Shown one piece after another: positions 45,610-57,782 of a DNA stretch of 64,000 nt (within the stretch, counting starts at the first letter, position 1; every line of letters begins with the position of its first letter). The stretch is from Lytechinus pictus (lineage: Eukaryota), in contig NC_087251.1 in assembly GCF_037042905.1 (NCBI RefSeq), positions 30,630,001 through 30,694,000 on the forward strand, in the 5' to 3' direction. Under the pieces are notes generated by a model. It ran no database searches. It was not told where the DNA came from and worked only from the letters and a program-made list of their open reading frames with translations. The translations under genes and the position numbers were made by a program.

Positions 45610-46183
45610 AGGAGAATGAAACCTTTGGAACAAGATAGCTTCTGTGAAAACAGAAAAATCAAAGAAACAGATCAACGAAAGTTTGAGTAAAATCGGACAA
45701 ATAATGAGAAAGTTATGAGCATTTGAATATTGTGATCACTAATGCTATGGAGATCCTCAAATTGGCAATGCGACAAAGATGTGTGATGTCACTTGTGAAC
45801 AACTCTCCCCATTACTTTAGTAAATATTGCCTCTTTTATCACATCTATCAGTAGATCATGTTTTCTTTCTATAGGAGGGCATATAATACAGATTTTTAAA
45901 GAAATCATCATGTATAAAGAGTTTGTATCACCACAAGAAAAAGAAAAAAGAGACACTTTGAGGGTATTTTATAATCCATCAAAGGGAAAGTTGTTCACAT
46001 GTGACATCACACATCCTTGTCGAATTGCCAATGGGAGGATCTCCATAACATTAGTGATTGCAATATTCAAATGCTCATAACTTTCTCATTATTTGTCTGA
46101 TTTTTCTCAAACTTTCTTTGTTCTTATTCTTTTATTTTTCTGTTTCGACACAAGCCTACTTGTTCCAAAGGTTTCATTTCCCT
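45610..46183. mobile_element. Kolobok-like non-autonomous element (AGGAGAATGAAAC family)
   Basis: TTAA|AGGAGAATGAAACCTTTGGAACAAG ... CTTGTTCCAAAGGTTTCATTTCCCT|TTAG; homologous to 27660-28244. Confidence 0.85.
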
Positions 46184-47543
46184 TTAGATTAGCTTTTGTT
46201 TCATTGAAGTATTAATGAACTGAAATGGTTCAGTTTTAAATAAAAGCGGGATCCATTCCCATAGCTATCTTGTCACATGTTCTCTTGCTACTTGTTCCTT
46301 TGCTAGTTAGAGTAAGCAGATATGATGTTCTTAGAAATTAAAGACTGGATAACGAAAAGCACCATGATTATAAATTTTTAGGTATATGAACTATTCATAT
46401 GAGCATGATTGTTGTAACAGAGTATATAGTTTTGAAGTTATTATGTTATTTATCTTTTCATATTCCTTTGTAGTTATGCATGACATTTATTTACTTCTCT
46501 TATTTGCTTAATTAGTATGCTTCACATACAACAATTAAAAATGTATTTCATGTCTCCCGAGTCATGCTCTAGTGCCATCATGTTTTCAAGGATGTGCAAG
46601 TGATAGTTACAAATGTATTGCACTTCAAACAACCTTAGTACTTGGGGGATGATTGCAGTATTAAATTTTTCATCCGTGACACATAATCAGCTGATCTGTT
46701 TTTTTAATAATCTTAAGGCACGTGAATGAGGAGGCAAATGAAGCATTACAGGGAGAGAAGATTCCACATCATAGCCAAGGCTGTGAAAACTAAAACCCCC
46801 TATTAATAATGTCAGCTGTAGAAAGTGTAGATTTATTTAAATTTGTATACCTTGCTTTGATATTTAAAATTATGAATTTTAAGCAGAAATGTCTCTCAAA
46901 TATATGTGGATTTTCATGACAGTGATTTTCATTTTTTGCACCATTATGATTTTGTTGTAGCAATTAACCATGTATATAATGTGAAGTCTACCATCACAAG
47001 ATGCAATTGCCTAAAGAAACAGGGGATGTGCATGGATATCATTTATGTATCTTGTTTGGAGTTATGCCAGAATTCTTTTTTTTTTTCTTGAAAGATAATA
47101 AAGGGATGTGTACATGTATTCTTCCCCATCATCTCCACTTAAGAATCATGTCCCTGATATTATATTGGGGTAAGCCCTGCAATAAATGGCATGTACTCAT
47201 GCATTAGAGAAATGAGATAACTAAAGAGGAGTAAAATTTTCATTTGTTGCACATGTATTTTGATTGATAACATTTCAAAATAAATATTAAAAAAAAACAT
47301 TTCAAAATCATGTATTTTGGTATTGTATCACCTCTTTTCCTATTGGGTCTGCTGTATATATTTTGCAAAATCAAGAAAGCTTGCTCAGAACTTTAAATGT
47401 GCCTTTTTTATGTCAGAGGGAAATCTTTCACAAAACAAGCTCTTCTTCATCTATCAGTGTGGGAAGGGGAGGGGGGTAATGAAGATAATTCAAGATTTGA
47501 CATCTTAATTTCTTTACAATAAAGTCATTATTTGTTTTTTACA

Positions 47544-48019
47544 GAGCCTTTAAAGTGCCATCGACTTGACAACTTGGAGAGATACTTTATCTTGCCATGT
47601 CGACATAATAACCTTATTATGTTGACATGGCGAGATACGGTATCTCGCCAAGTCGACCTATAAAAAGTTATATGTCGACATGGCGAGATACGGTATCTTG
47701 CCAAGTTGACTTATAAAACCTTATATGTCAACATAGCGAGATATTCTATCTTGCCAAGACATTTTATAAAACATTATATGTCGACTTGGCAAGATATTAA
47801 GTGTCCAAGGCCCGGCGAGAGTCCAAATATCTTGCCAAGTTGACATATAACTTTTTATAAGTTGACTTGGCAAGATGAAATATCTCGCCATGTTGACAAA
47901 TAACTTTTTATAAGTCAACTTGGCAAGATAACGTATCTCGCCATGTCGACATATAACTTTTTACAAGTCGAATTGGCGAGATAAAGTATCTCGTCAAGTC
48001 GATGGCACTTAAAAGTCTC
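47544..48019. mobile_element. Foldback-like element built of palindromic subrepeats
   Basis: Termini AAGTGCCATCGACTTGAC / GTCAAGTCGATGGCACTT; interior of repeated GTCGACATGGCGAGATA...TATCTCGCCAAGTCGAC units. Confidence 0.8.
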
Positions 48020-48719
48020 CATAGTTTTTAGTTGTTCTCATTCTCATTCTTCACATGTAATAACTGACTGTAATCATCTGATAAAGTTGAATCTTTTGTT
48101 ACATGATCTGATTTCATAGAGCTGTTGGCTACAGGGAGAATGACACTTTATTAGTATTGCTTGAAGATCTGAATCATTTAGCATTCTTTCTAACAAATTG
48201 ATGGATTAGTGATATTGAAAAAGAAATGTGAAAGAGCTGTGAATATTCATCAGCAGAGATTTCTTTAATTGTAACTTAACAATTGAAAGAATACATACAT
48301 CAGTATTTCTTTTTTATATGTTATTTTGGACTGCTCTTCCACTTCATGCATATCAATGAACAATTTTTACCCCCCCCCCCCAAAAAAAAAAAAGGATAAT
48401 AGTTATGATAATATAATAATAATTCTTGTAACTTCATGTATTTCTATTGCAATGCATAGTATCCTATTAATTGAATCATCATTTTTTACAGAGACCTAGT
48501 TTCAGTTGCTCTTAACTTGTTACTCAGTAGCTCCTCTTTTTTCAGGATCAGAGATTTTAAATTAATGATCCATTTTTTGGTTCAAGTACGTTCATTTGAG
48601 ATTCATTGAATGTGTGTGTACATATTCTGTATTCCTTCAGAGCAGTGAAATATTGAATGTGATATTTACTAATAGATGAAACCTGCTGAAATGTATTTTG
48701 ATAATTTCTTTCATCATGT

Positions 48720-49128
48720 CAGGGTGCTACATAAGCACTTGCCCGATTGCCCGGGGCAAGTAAAAGTTAGAGTCGGGCAAGTGTTTTGTAGTAAAGTCCA
48801 AAACTACTTGCCCGAATTGGGCAAGCAAAATTCTCACAGTAGAATGACCAAAATTAGGTTTGATATATGATATTGACCCTAATTTTGGTCATGACAGGCA
48901 AGATAAAATCACTGTGGAAAAAGAAATGCAATGTATATCAGTTCACGTCAAAAGAGAGGAAAGATCAATGGTTTATAAATCCGCAAAACTTTTTTTTGAA
49001 GAGGTAAAACTATTTTTCAAGGATTTTTTCGGGCAAGTGAAATTGATTTTTGGGCAAGTATATTTCAACTATTTAAAATTTACTTGCCTGACCTGGCAAG
49101 TGCTTTCAAAAAGTTATGTAGCACCCTG
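48720..49128. mobile_element. hAT-type MITE
   Basis: TIR CAGGGTGCTACATAA / TTATGTAGCACCCTG; perfect 8-bp TSD CATCATGT. Confidence 0.92.
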
Positions 49129-50339
49129 CATCATGTATCATTCATTAAGCAGTTATGATTTGCTAAATAGAAAAAAAATACCATACATATATATTATTAG
49201 CATTAATTTTTGCAAATGATTTTCAAGCTCGTGTATGTAAATATATTTTCAATGTTTGATGTGGTTTCTAGCGTGCAGTTTTATGTTTTGCAAAATAATC
49301 ACCATTCAAAGAAAGAATTTAAAAATTTCACAATCAACCTCTTGACAATTATAACTGTTATGACAGAAGTCAAGATTTATTCACAATGTTGTTTGTGCAT
49401 GTCAGGATTTTATTGTTCTCATGGAAATGAAGTTGATCATAATCATTATCATGCACAACAAAGATGTGTTGAATATACTAATAACATGAGATAAAACTGC
49501 AACTCTCTGTTCGGGGCAATGCCAACAACTGGCTCCCAAGAAACGACAATGAATTTTAATTACCATTATACTTGGTTGTTATGTGTATGTGTGTATGACT
49601 ATGGGTCTTTTATCTGTCATGTTTCCCCCTTTTGCCCGTCTCACTCTGCATTTGTACAATGTCTAATATTCTTCCTTTTAGAAAAAGTGTAGATACTGTA
49701 GGTAAATAAGGAACCAGGCAAGTGCTTTCAAAAAGTTATGTAGCACCCTGCATCATTTATCATTCATTAAGCAGTTATGATTTGCTAAATAGAAAAAAAA
49801 TACCATACATATATATTATTAGCATTAATTTTTGCAAATGATTTTCAAGCTCGTGTATGTAAATATATTTTCAATGTTTGATGTGGTTTCTAGCGTGCAG
49901 TTTTATGTTTTGCAAAATAATCACCATTCAAAGAAAGAATTAAAAAATTTCACAATCAACCTCTTGACAATTATAACTGTTATGACAGAAGTCAAGATTT
50001 ATTCACAATGTTGTGCATGTCAGGATTTTATTGTTCTCATGAAAATGAAGTTGATCATAATCATTATCATGCACAACAAAGATATGTTGAATATACTAAT
50101 AACATGAGATAAAACTGCAACTCTCTGTTCGGGGTAATGCCAACAACTGGCTCCCAAGAAACGACAATAAATTTTAATTACCATTATGCTTGGTTGTTAT
50201 GTGTATGTGTGTATGACTATGGGTCTTTTATCTGTCATGTTTCCCCCTTTTGCCCGTCTCACTCTGCATTTGTATAATGTCTAATATTCTTTTATTTTTC
50301 CTTTCAGAAAAAGTGTAGATACTGTAGGTAAATAAGGAA
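49095..50339 (+). repeat. Tandem direct duplication (~620-bp unit)
   Basis: 49095-49713 repeated at 49717-50339 with few substitutions/indels. Confidence 0.93.
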
Positions 50340-53300
50340 GCAGCAAGGGCCAGTTCCTAAAGATTCCATAACCTTCCCCAAATGGCTGCTGAGCCATGAG
50401 GAGCATTTCAGGAAACAAAATGTCATTTATTTTCACTGACTATGCTTGTTATAAGCTACCAAAATCCTTGCATCTGATTGGCTGAGAGAAAATAAGCAAA
50501 AATTATCGACTAAACTTTTCATGAAATGCTTCTTTGTTATCGTGATAGTCGCCCAAATGGCATGGCTATGGTTCCACAGATCTCTTGATTTCATATCATT
50601 TATAATCTGTTTTCATAAGCATGTATAAATCTTCCGGATGAATGTGTTGTACCATAAAGTCTGTTCATATTTTTGGTCTGTATGACATAAACCATTCGGT
50701 TAAGATCTAATGTAATGGTCTATGAATTGAACATGTATATGTAAATACAAATTTTGATGAAATTACAATGCAATATTATATTGAACTATAGAAAATGATG
50801 TGTAATAATCATTTTGTATATGTATGATACAGAAGTAAACAGAGATATTGTTGACTATTTTGTCATTTTTTCTGCTACATTCTGGGGATATATCAGTTAT
50901 GATCAGGAGGATAAACTGCAATTACAGTGGTGCTCAAATATCTTTTTTAGATGATGTTGGCTCCTTGACCCACTGTTTACTTTCTCTTTATCAAACTGAT
51001 GTTTACTGAAAATTCATAAGGTTTATTTTGAGGGAAGCTTTGATTTCAGAAAGTATCTTCTGTAGTGATATTAAAACATCTTGATAAAATAATGAGAATG
51101 TGTGAACTTTGCTGTTTACTTGATCTTGAATGTAGTGTGTGAATGTATAAGACTAATTTAGGAGAGATACATACAGGGGGGTAAGGGAAATCTCCCACAT
51201 AAAATCTGGTTGATATTATTTTCACTTAGTTTTAATTCAACTTCAAGTCTAAAAAACATACTCAGAATCCTGTTATGCATAATTCTTTGAAGAGGTGGAA
51301 TATTTGATCCCTATTCTGTAATTACTCTTAATTTCACCACTCTGGCTTTCAGTAATACGATAACACAAAATTGATTTAAATGCAAGTATTGGTAATACAT
51401 ATGTGGATTAAAGTAATTGATAAAAGTCACGCCTCTTCCACTATCTTACCCCGAGGCAAGCGCTGAAATTGCGCCCTCTTCTACTGTTGAGAGTCTGTGG
51501 CTTCTTTTTTACCCTTAACCCCCCCCCCCCCGAATGTAACACCCCAAACACTTGCCCCCCCCCCCCCCATTGCCTCTCGATAAACCTCTGGGTAGCAAAG
51601 TTTTTGTGAGAGACGAGATATGATCATTATGAAATGGGTTAAGCTGATGACTTCACAAGTACACTTCGTGTTGTTTTATGAACTCTGAAATATTTATTTG
51701 TTCAGAGATGTGCCTTGACATTATCACCGTTTTATCAAAATGGTTTGCAGTAGCAATTCTTTGAGCAGAAAATTTAAATATTTGTAATTTCATAAAAACA
51801 AATCGATGCAGAAAGGGGGGGGTCAAGTAACCTCGTTACCTCGTTCGTGTGAACACAACCTCCTTCATTATTCTCAATTTAAGAATCAAGATTAAGAATA
51901 TAATTCATAATCACCTGTATCAGACATCTGAGCTTGTCTTTTACAAAATTATTTTGCTCTGTCTTTCTGCGCGTTTTTATTTTGTATATAGAGACAAAGC
52001 AAAATATATTTTCCACGGTCCCGCATCTCAGTTTTCATGATTTTGCTCTAAATGTCTGTTTTGGATTATAATAACAATATTGACTGACTCTTCTTCGAGG
52101 AACGTCAAACTTGCGGGCAGTATATTAATACCCGTAAGGCCAGTCAATATTTTACCATTATTGCCCGTTAACCAGCATAAGACAGGAAAATAACATGCAC
52201 TAATAATTACAATAAATATATCTCGATGGATCATTTTCTCCTGAAGAAACATCCACAAACATTATCAATTTAAAGAAGTTATAACATATATGCAGATAAG
52301 AAAAGCGGAGAGGGAGGTTCGTTTGATCAAGGGTCATGCATGATTTGATAAAGGTGCTGCACAATGCTATACAGTCATATCGACGAATCCGACCGATGGT
52401 ATGCACTGATCTGAATATTCAGATCAGTGATGATATACGTCATTTGATATAAGGTAATAGCTTTTATCGTTTCGGAGCTGGTTTCGCCCGTGACCTGAAC
52501 ATATAAAGAATTACAATCGAAGGCAATGGTTCACTCGGATTCCATCGAGAGTATGTATAAAGTTATATAAATATCGTTCTTACGTAATGCACTGATATTA
52601 TTTTAATTCGACTGGCAAAGAAACAACCGTATCCATATTAATTTACCTTGACCTTGTCCTACCTGATAGTGAGCAGTGGCTGTTTTAAAAATAGCAAGTC
52701 TACTACAATGTCTATCTGTTAATTGATTCAATCACTATAATTTCCAAGGTGATATAGATCCATTTATTTGTTAAAATAGGCCTAATTTGATTCCTTTTTT
52801 TATATAATAAAGCAGTTGTTGGCCGTAGTAGAATATTACTTGATCAAGGTTAGAATCCTTAAAAGAAAATAGCCCAGTATAAGATTGGAAGATTTCCAAT
52901 ACCTGGAAGAAAAATGTCAAGTGCAAGTTTATTTGTTATTGTTGTTGTTGTTGTGTTGAGTCGTGTTCTATACATAGTAAATTCAGCTTGGTTGCTACCT
53001 TGGCAACCTTGAGCATTCCTTTTTTTAAATTAGCCTAATTAACATAATCATCAAAATTGGCATGCATATTATATGAAGTATGCGAAACCTGTGACGAGGA
53101 ATTCATTCATGACCGCAGTTTTATATTTTTAAGTAATAATCATCGCAACTGGCCTATTACCATATTGATTAGCTAGCATGAGTGTACTCCAGAAAACCCC
53201 AAAACATATAATACAGCTTTTCTAAGGTTTTCTATGACGAGGAATTAATTAATGACACAAGATCAGGAAATTCGGTAAAAGTAGTTTGGGTACGTCAAAG

Positions 53301-53574
53301 GTATACACGCATATACGTAGGAGGGGGTACCCCTCTGTACACGAGTGAATGGGGGTGTGTTTAACTAGTTTTAACGGTCTGGACTTTAAAAATATGATCG
53401 GGATGGTTTTTACTGAGAGGGATTGCTGGACATACGAGTAGAAAACAAAAGTTTATTTTATGATTGGACTTAACCTTAACCCTAATGTAACGGCCTTTAC
53501 CTTAATCCCAAATAAATATTCTTTAATTAACCCTAATGATTTGGACTTTACACGAACCCTAAAATAAAACCATA

Positions 53575-54582
53575 AAACTGGGTTCCAAAATAAACTTATC
53601 AAACTTTACAAGGGCACTGCAGAAATTCTACTCAGTCTCAAATAAAAAGTATTTTTACACAGGCTAGCTTTAACCATCTTTACTAAGCACATGTCAATAT
53701 TGAGAGATTGGTTCAATCACGAAGAGGCTATAACCCCTCACATCAATTGGTTATAGAATCAAAAGTCACAAAATGGCAAAAGAAAGACCAATGAATAAAA
53801 ATGAAATAGGATTAAACAAACTTCCCTGTTTATTACACGATTCCTTCATGGACATTTTTAATAATTGGCTCAATCACAAAGAAGCTACGGGAAATCAATA
53901 TCAACATTTTAAAAGACTGGACCAATCACACACATAAACCCCCAGGGATGTCCGGGAGGGTGTTTCATAAAGCTGTTCGTAAGTTAAGCGCAACTTTAAG
54001 AACGACTGGTGAACCTTTCTTACGCGCTTAGCCATTGCCAGTGAACATTTTGATGTATACAATTTACCACAGGAAAGGATCACCAGTCGTTCTTAAAGTC
54101 CCTCTTAACTTACGAACAGCTTTATGAAACGCCCACCACTGAGGTAAACAAGGGATAATCTGAACAGGGTGTGTGTATCTCACTCAACCGCACACAGATA
54201 GCACCGTGTTCAGACTATCCCCGGGTACCGGGGCTTCCCTCCGGGGGATCTGTAAGCCTATGTGGCCGAGGGATTGTTCCAGTTGTTTTAAATATTTTGA
54301 TTTTTAACTTCCTGTAGCTTATTTGTGAGCAAGCCAATCTCTGTAAACGACATTTGTGATAAAGTGGGAAGTTTTTTTCTATCCAATCTTATTTGCATTG
54401 TCTTGCGATGTTTTGACTTTGGATTTATATCCTCTCTGTAATTGAACCAATCGCTTGATTATTGATATGTGCTTAAGATTATTGCAGCAAGCTTGTGTAA
54501 AAAAAATATTGTTCATTTTGACTCATTGGACTTTGTGCAGTGTGCTTGTCAAGTTTGATAAGTTTCTTTTGGAACCCAGTTG
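53575..54582. mobile_element. TA-flanked DNA element with long diverged inverted arms, containing a nested MITE
   Basis: AACTGGGTTCCAAAATAAACTTATCAAACTT / AAGTTTGATAAGTTTCTTTTGGAACCCAGTT. Confidence 0.7.
53955..54137. mobile_element. Small palindromic MITE
   Basis: ~65-bp arms GTTTCATAAAGCTGTTCGTAAGTTAAG...CTTTAAGAACGACTGGTGA and their reverse complement. Confidence 0.85.
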
Positions 54583-57286
54583 TATTTCTTAAACGAAATA
54601 AAGTCCGGAGCAATCGTCCCCGGAGCAAATGTATAGTGTCCCATTACCATAACCCTAAGGTCTTTAACATGACCCTAATGAAATGACATTGCCAACAGGA
54701 GATCTCCATAGCATTAATTTGTGATTTCAATTTACAAATGCTCATAACTTTCTTATTGTCCAATTGCTGTCTACTTGTCCACATAACTCTATTATTGTCC
54801 AATTATTGTCCACTTGTCCAATTGTTCTCAAACTTTCATTGATCTTGCTCTTTTATTTTTGTCATATCCAAGCTTGCTTATTCTAATGGTTTCTTAAATG
54901 TCACTGTTTGGGTCATCATATGGGAATACAGAAATTTCAGCTCGGGCTTCGCGCTCTCATTGTTTGCTTAGTGAGACACGTAGCGTGTAGGTTAGGAAAA
55001 AAACTTATAATGCCCCTTTTTCATGTCTGAATTCAAACATTTACAGCTTGCGTTATTTTGTGAGAAATCATTTTTCTCAATACCAATTCCTATCAACAGT
55101 CCTTATGTTTCGTTTCATGTACTTGGCTAAATGATTCAGTAAGTTAATCAAATTATTTTTCGTGCCCCCCCCCCCATGCCGTGACCCTCACCCCACCAAC
55201 CAGTTTTTCTTGTTTGTATTTCATACTTTATATCTTAGCTGGGGTTATGGGGGTGAACTCTTCTTATAAAAGGGATTTTCAGCATTGAGATGGATATCAT
55301 AATAGTGTGAAAACTAGTTCATTGGCAGAATGGTTGCTTTTTATATCACCATCATAAACATCCTTTTAATAGATGATCGTTAGAAATGTCAATAGAAAAG
55401 AATAAGATTTACAAATAACGGATTGTAAAAAAATATAATTTGTATTCAGTGAAATGGTATTATAGATTGAACCTACTAGAGCTGAGGCGTAATAAACACA
55501 TTACCGCTGATTTTGCAAAATTTTGTTTCCATTTGAACTGGACACTCGATATCCTTGCCTGGGAGACATTATGTTACTCATTTTGATGAGTGCGTTTCAG
55601 GCTAGGTTTATCAATTAGAATGTGGTTGATTTGTTTTGTCAACCAGATCGGCTTAAGAGCAAAATATATGGAAATAACGAGCCCTTATAACAATAAAGCC
55701 ACCAACGATTCTGTATGATTAGAGAAGAACAAACTCTTGAAGAGCTATAGGTGTGCAGTTGTGGATCGAAGATTTCATGAATAAGGATGCAGAATTTTTT
55801 TTATTTGGGGTTATTTTTGGTATTTGGTGTAATTTTTGGTATTTTATGCAATAATACAAATAGCTCTTCTTTGACAAGAAATGACATGATTATTGTAATT
55901 AAATCCCCTCTTCCCCCCCCCCCTCCCCTTAACAAATTTTTCATTGTAATTTTTCACTCTTTTTCTTTCCTTTCACTTTTATCCGATCTCCGTTCATTGT
56001 TTTCATGACGTATAATTTTAATGTTGATACTCTATAATGTACAATATTAGATTCGAATTACCTTGCAGTTTATCTTTGAGAATGTCATTAGCATCATTAA
56101 TGATCATGAACTCGGCTTTTATCTCTTTCCAAACATGAGTCAAAGTCAACCTCGGAACAGCGGAACTTTTTAAAAGTAGAGCGGGGCTGAACATGCAAAC
56201 ATGATGATAATTATGAATGGTAATTTTCACGTTTTTGTACACGTTTACTAAAAAAAAATTATAAGACGGGGGGGATTACTCCCCTCTGCCCCCGGTTCCA
56301 CCCGTTCCGCTGCCCCTAAACCTGGTGTAAAAGGTGATGTGGCTTGAGAGTAAATGACTCTGACTCTTCACAGTCTAGAAAAGGATCGATCACTTCTTGC
56401 TACTTTGACAATTTCCGGTAACCATAACTTAAGTACATATAGGCCTACTCATTCGCTACCTTTTGTTTTTCGTCGGTAAGGTCCGACTCGGTAATTTATG
56501 TCTACAACTGAGACGAAAACGTTTTGGAATGCTAATGTTGGCGCGCTAATAGGTATCCCAACGTAAAGGACAAAAGGATGGAAGTTTTGCTAATGCAGAA
56601 TATAATTTTCAGGAGTTGTTTTGGTGGATTTGGAATAATTATGATTCTCGTCCTCCGTGGAGGTGTATCAGTGAATTTTGATTTTCATAGAGATCAGCGT
56701 TTCCAGGTTACCTGCTCTCATATACCTACAGAGTGATATCAAGATGAGTAAACTTGTAAATATACAAAATAATAAGAAAATAGATAAATGCTGCCGAACT
56801 TTCATGATCAAAGTAGACTTGACTAGTTTATTGAGCGTTTAGTTTCACATTTGATTCGCTAAATTCAGATTGATGTCAATGGTGTAATAAGCCAAAAATT
56901 TTGAGGGGGCCAGACATAAAGTACAGAGCAAAATTTCCAAAAAGTTGCAAGCGAGCGAGCAAAAATTTTGATAAAAAATAATGTAATGATAAATTTTCAC
57001 ATAATTATCATTAGAAAAAAGAGAAATTTGACCCTTTTCACTTTCCTTTACCTTCCTTTTCGACATTATGTTCTCAGTCGTTAATTTTTTAGTAGTTTTT
57101 TTTGGGGGGACCAAGGCCCCCCCCCCCCCTCTGGATTTTATTGATTGATTATAAAATGATCGTGACTTTCTGGAATGAAATGGAAAATTTCTTATATTTT
57201 GTGTGAATGAATAATATGTGAAATTTGGTGGGAGTCAGTGCCTTTGAATGTTTCTTGCAGATAAATGGCGAAATAAAAAAGCTGTT

Positions 57287-57476
57287 CATCATCATCATCA
57301 CCACCACCACCACCATCATAATCCTCATCTCATCATCATCATCATCAACAACATCCTCATGTCATCATCATCGTCGTATCATTATCACCGCCGTCATCGT
57401 CATCATCACCATCATCATCATCATCATCATCTCATCATATCATCATCGTCGTCGTCAACGTAATCATCATCATCAC
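57287..57476. repeat. (CAT/CAC/CGT)n microsatellite
   Basis: Directly visible, just upstream of the mARC acceptor. Confidence 0.92.
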
Positions 57477-57531
57477 AATTTTCAGTTTTATTACATCTTG
57501 TGAAAACACACAATTCTATTTTTCATGCAGA

Positions 57532-57782
57532 ATGAAATACCAACAGAACACAGCAATGCCTGAGATTATTAACAACAACCTTGTTCTTGGTAGTCTGGTA
57601 GCGTGTGCTGTGGGTGTGTTGGGCATCTCATATATATACCTTCGGAGAGAAAAACGCAAGTACACTCAGGTTGGAGTGGTGTCTAAACTCTTTATTTATC
57701 CAATCAAATCATGCAGAGGATTGGCGGTTTCTCAGGCTGAGTGCGTTGCTCTTGGAATCACGAATGATGGAGTCATGGATAG
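57532..57782 (+). CDS. MTARC1: mARC coding exon 1
   Basis: TM segment followed by VGVVSKLFIYPIKSCRG...GVMD; donor AG|gtacga. Confidence 0.92.

Noticed and set aside
49210..50107. Two near-identical ORFs MQMIFKLVYV
   Set aside because: By-product of the tandem duplication; frames diverge through an indel; TTG start; no protein features
53470..53570. Telomere-like TAACCC repeats
   Set aside because: Short, degenerate and interstitial; more likely part of a dispersed repeat than a telomere
56340..56720. Possible promoter or non-coding first exon of mARC (GTAAG at ~56476)
   Set aside because: Plausible, but boundaries cannot be supported without transcript data
57225..57503. His/Ile-rich ORFs upstream of mARC
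   Set aside because: Translations of a (CAT)n microsatellite
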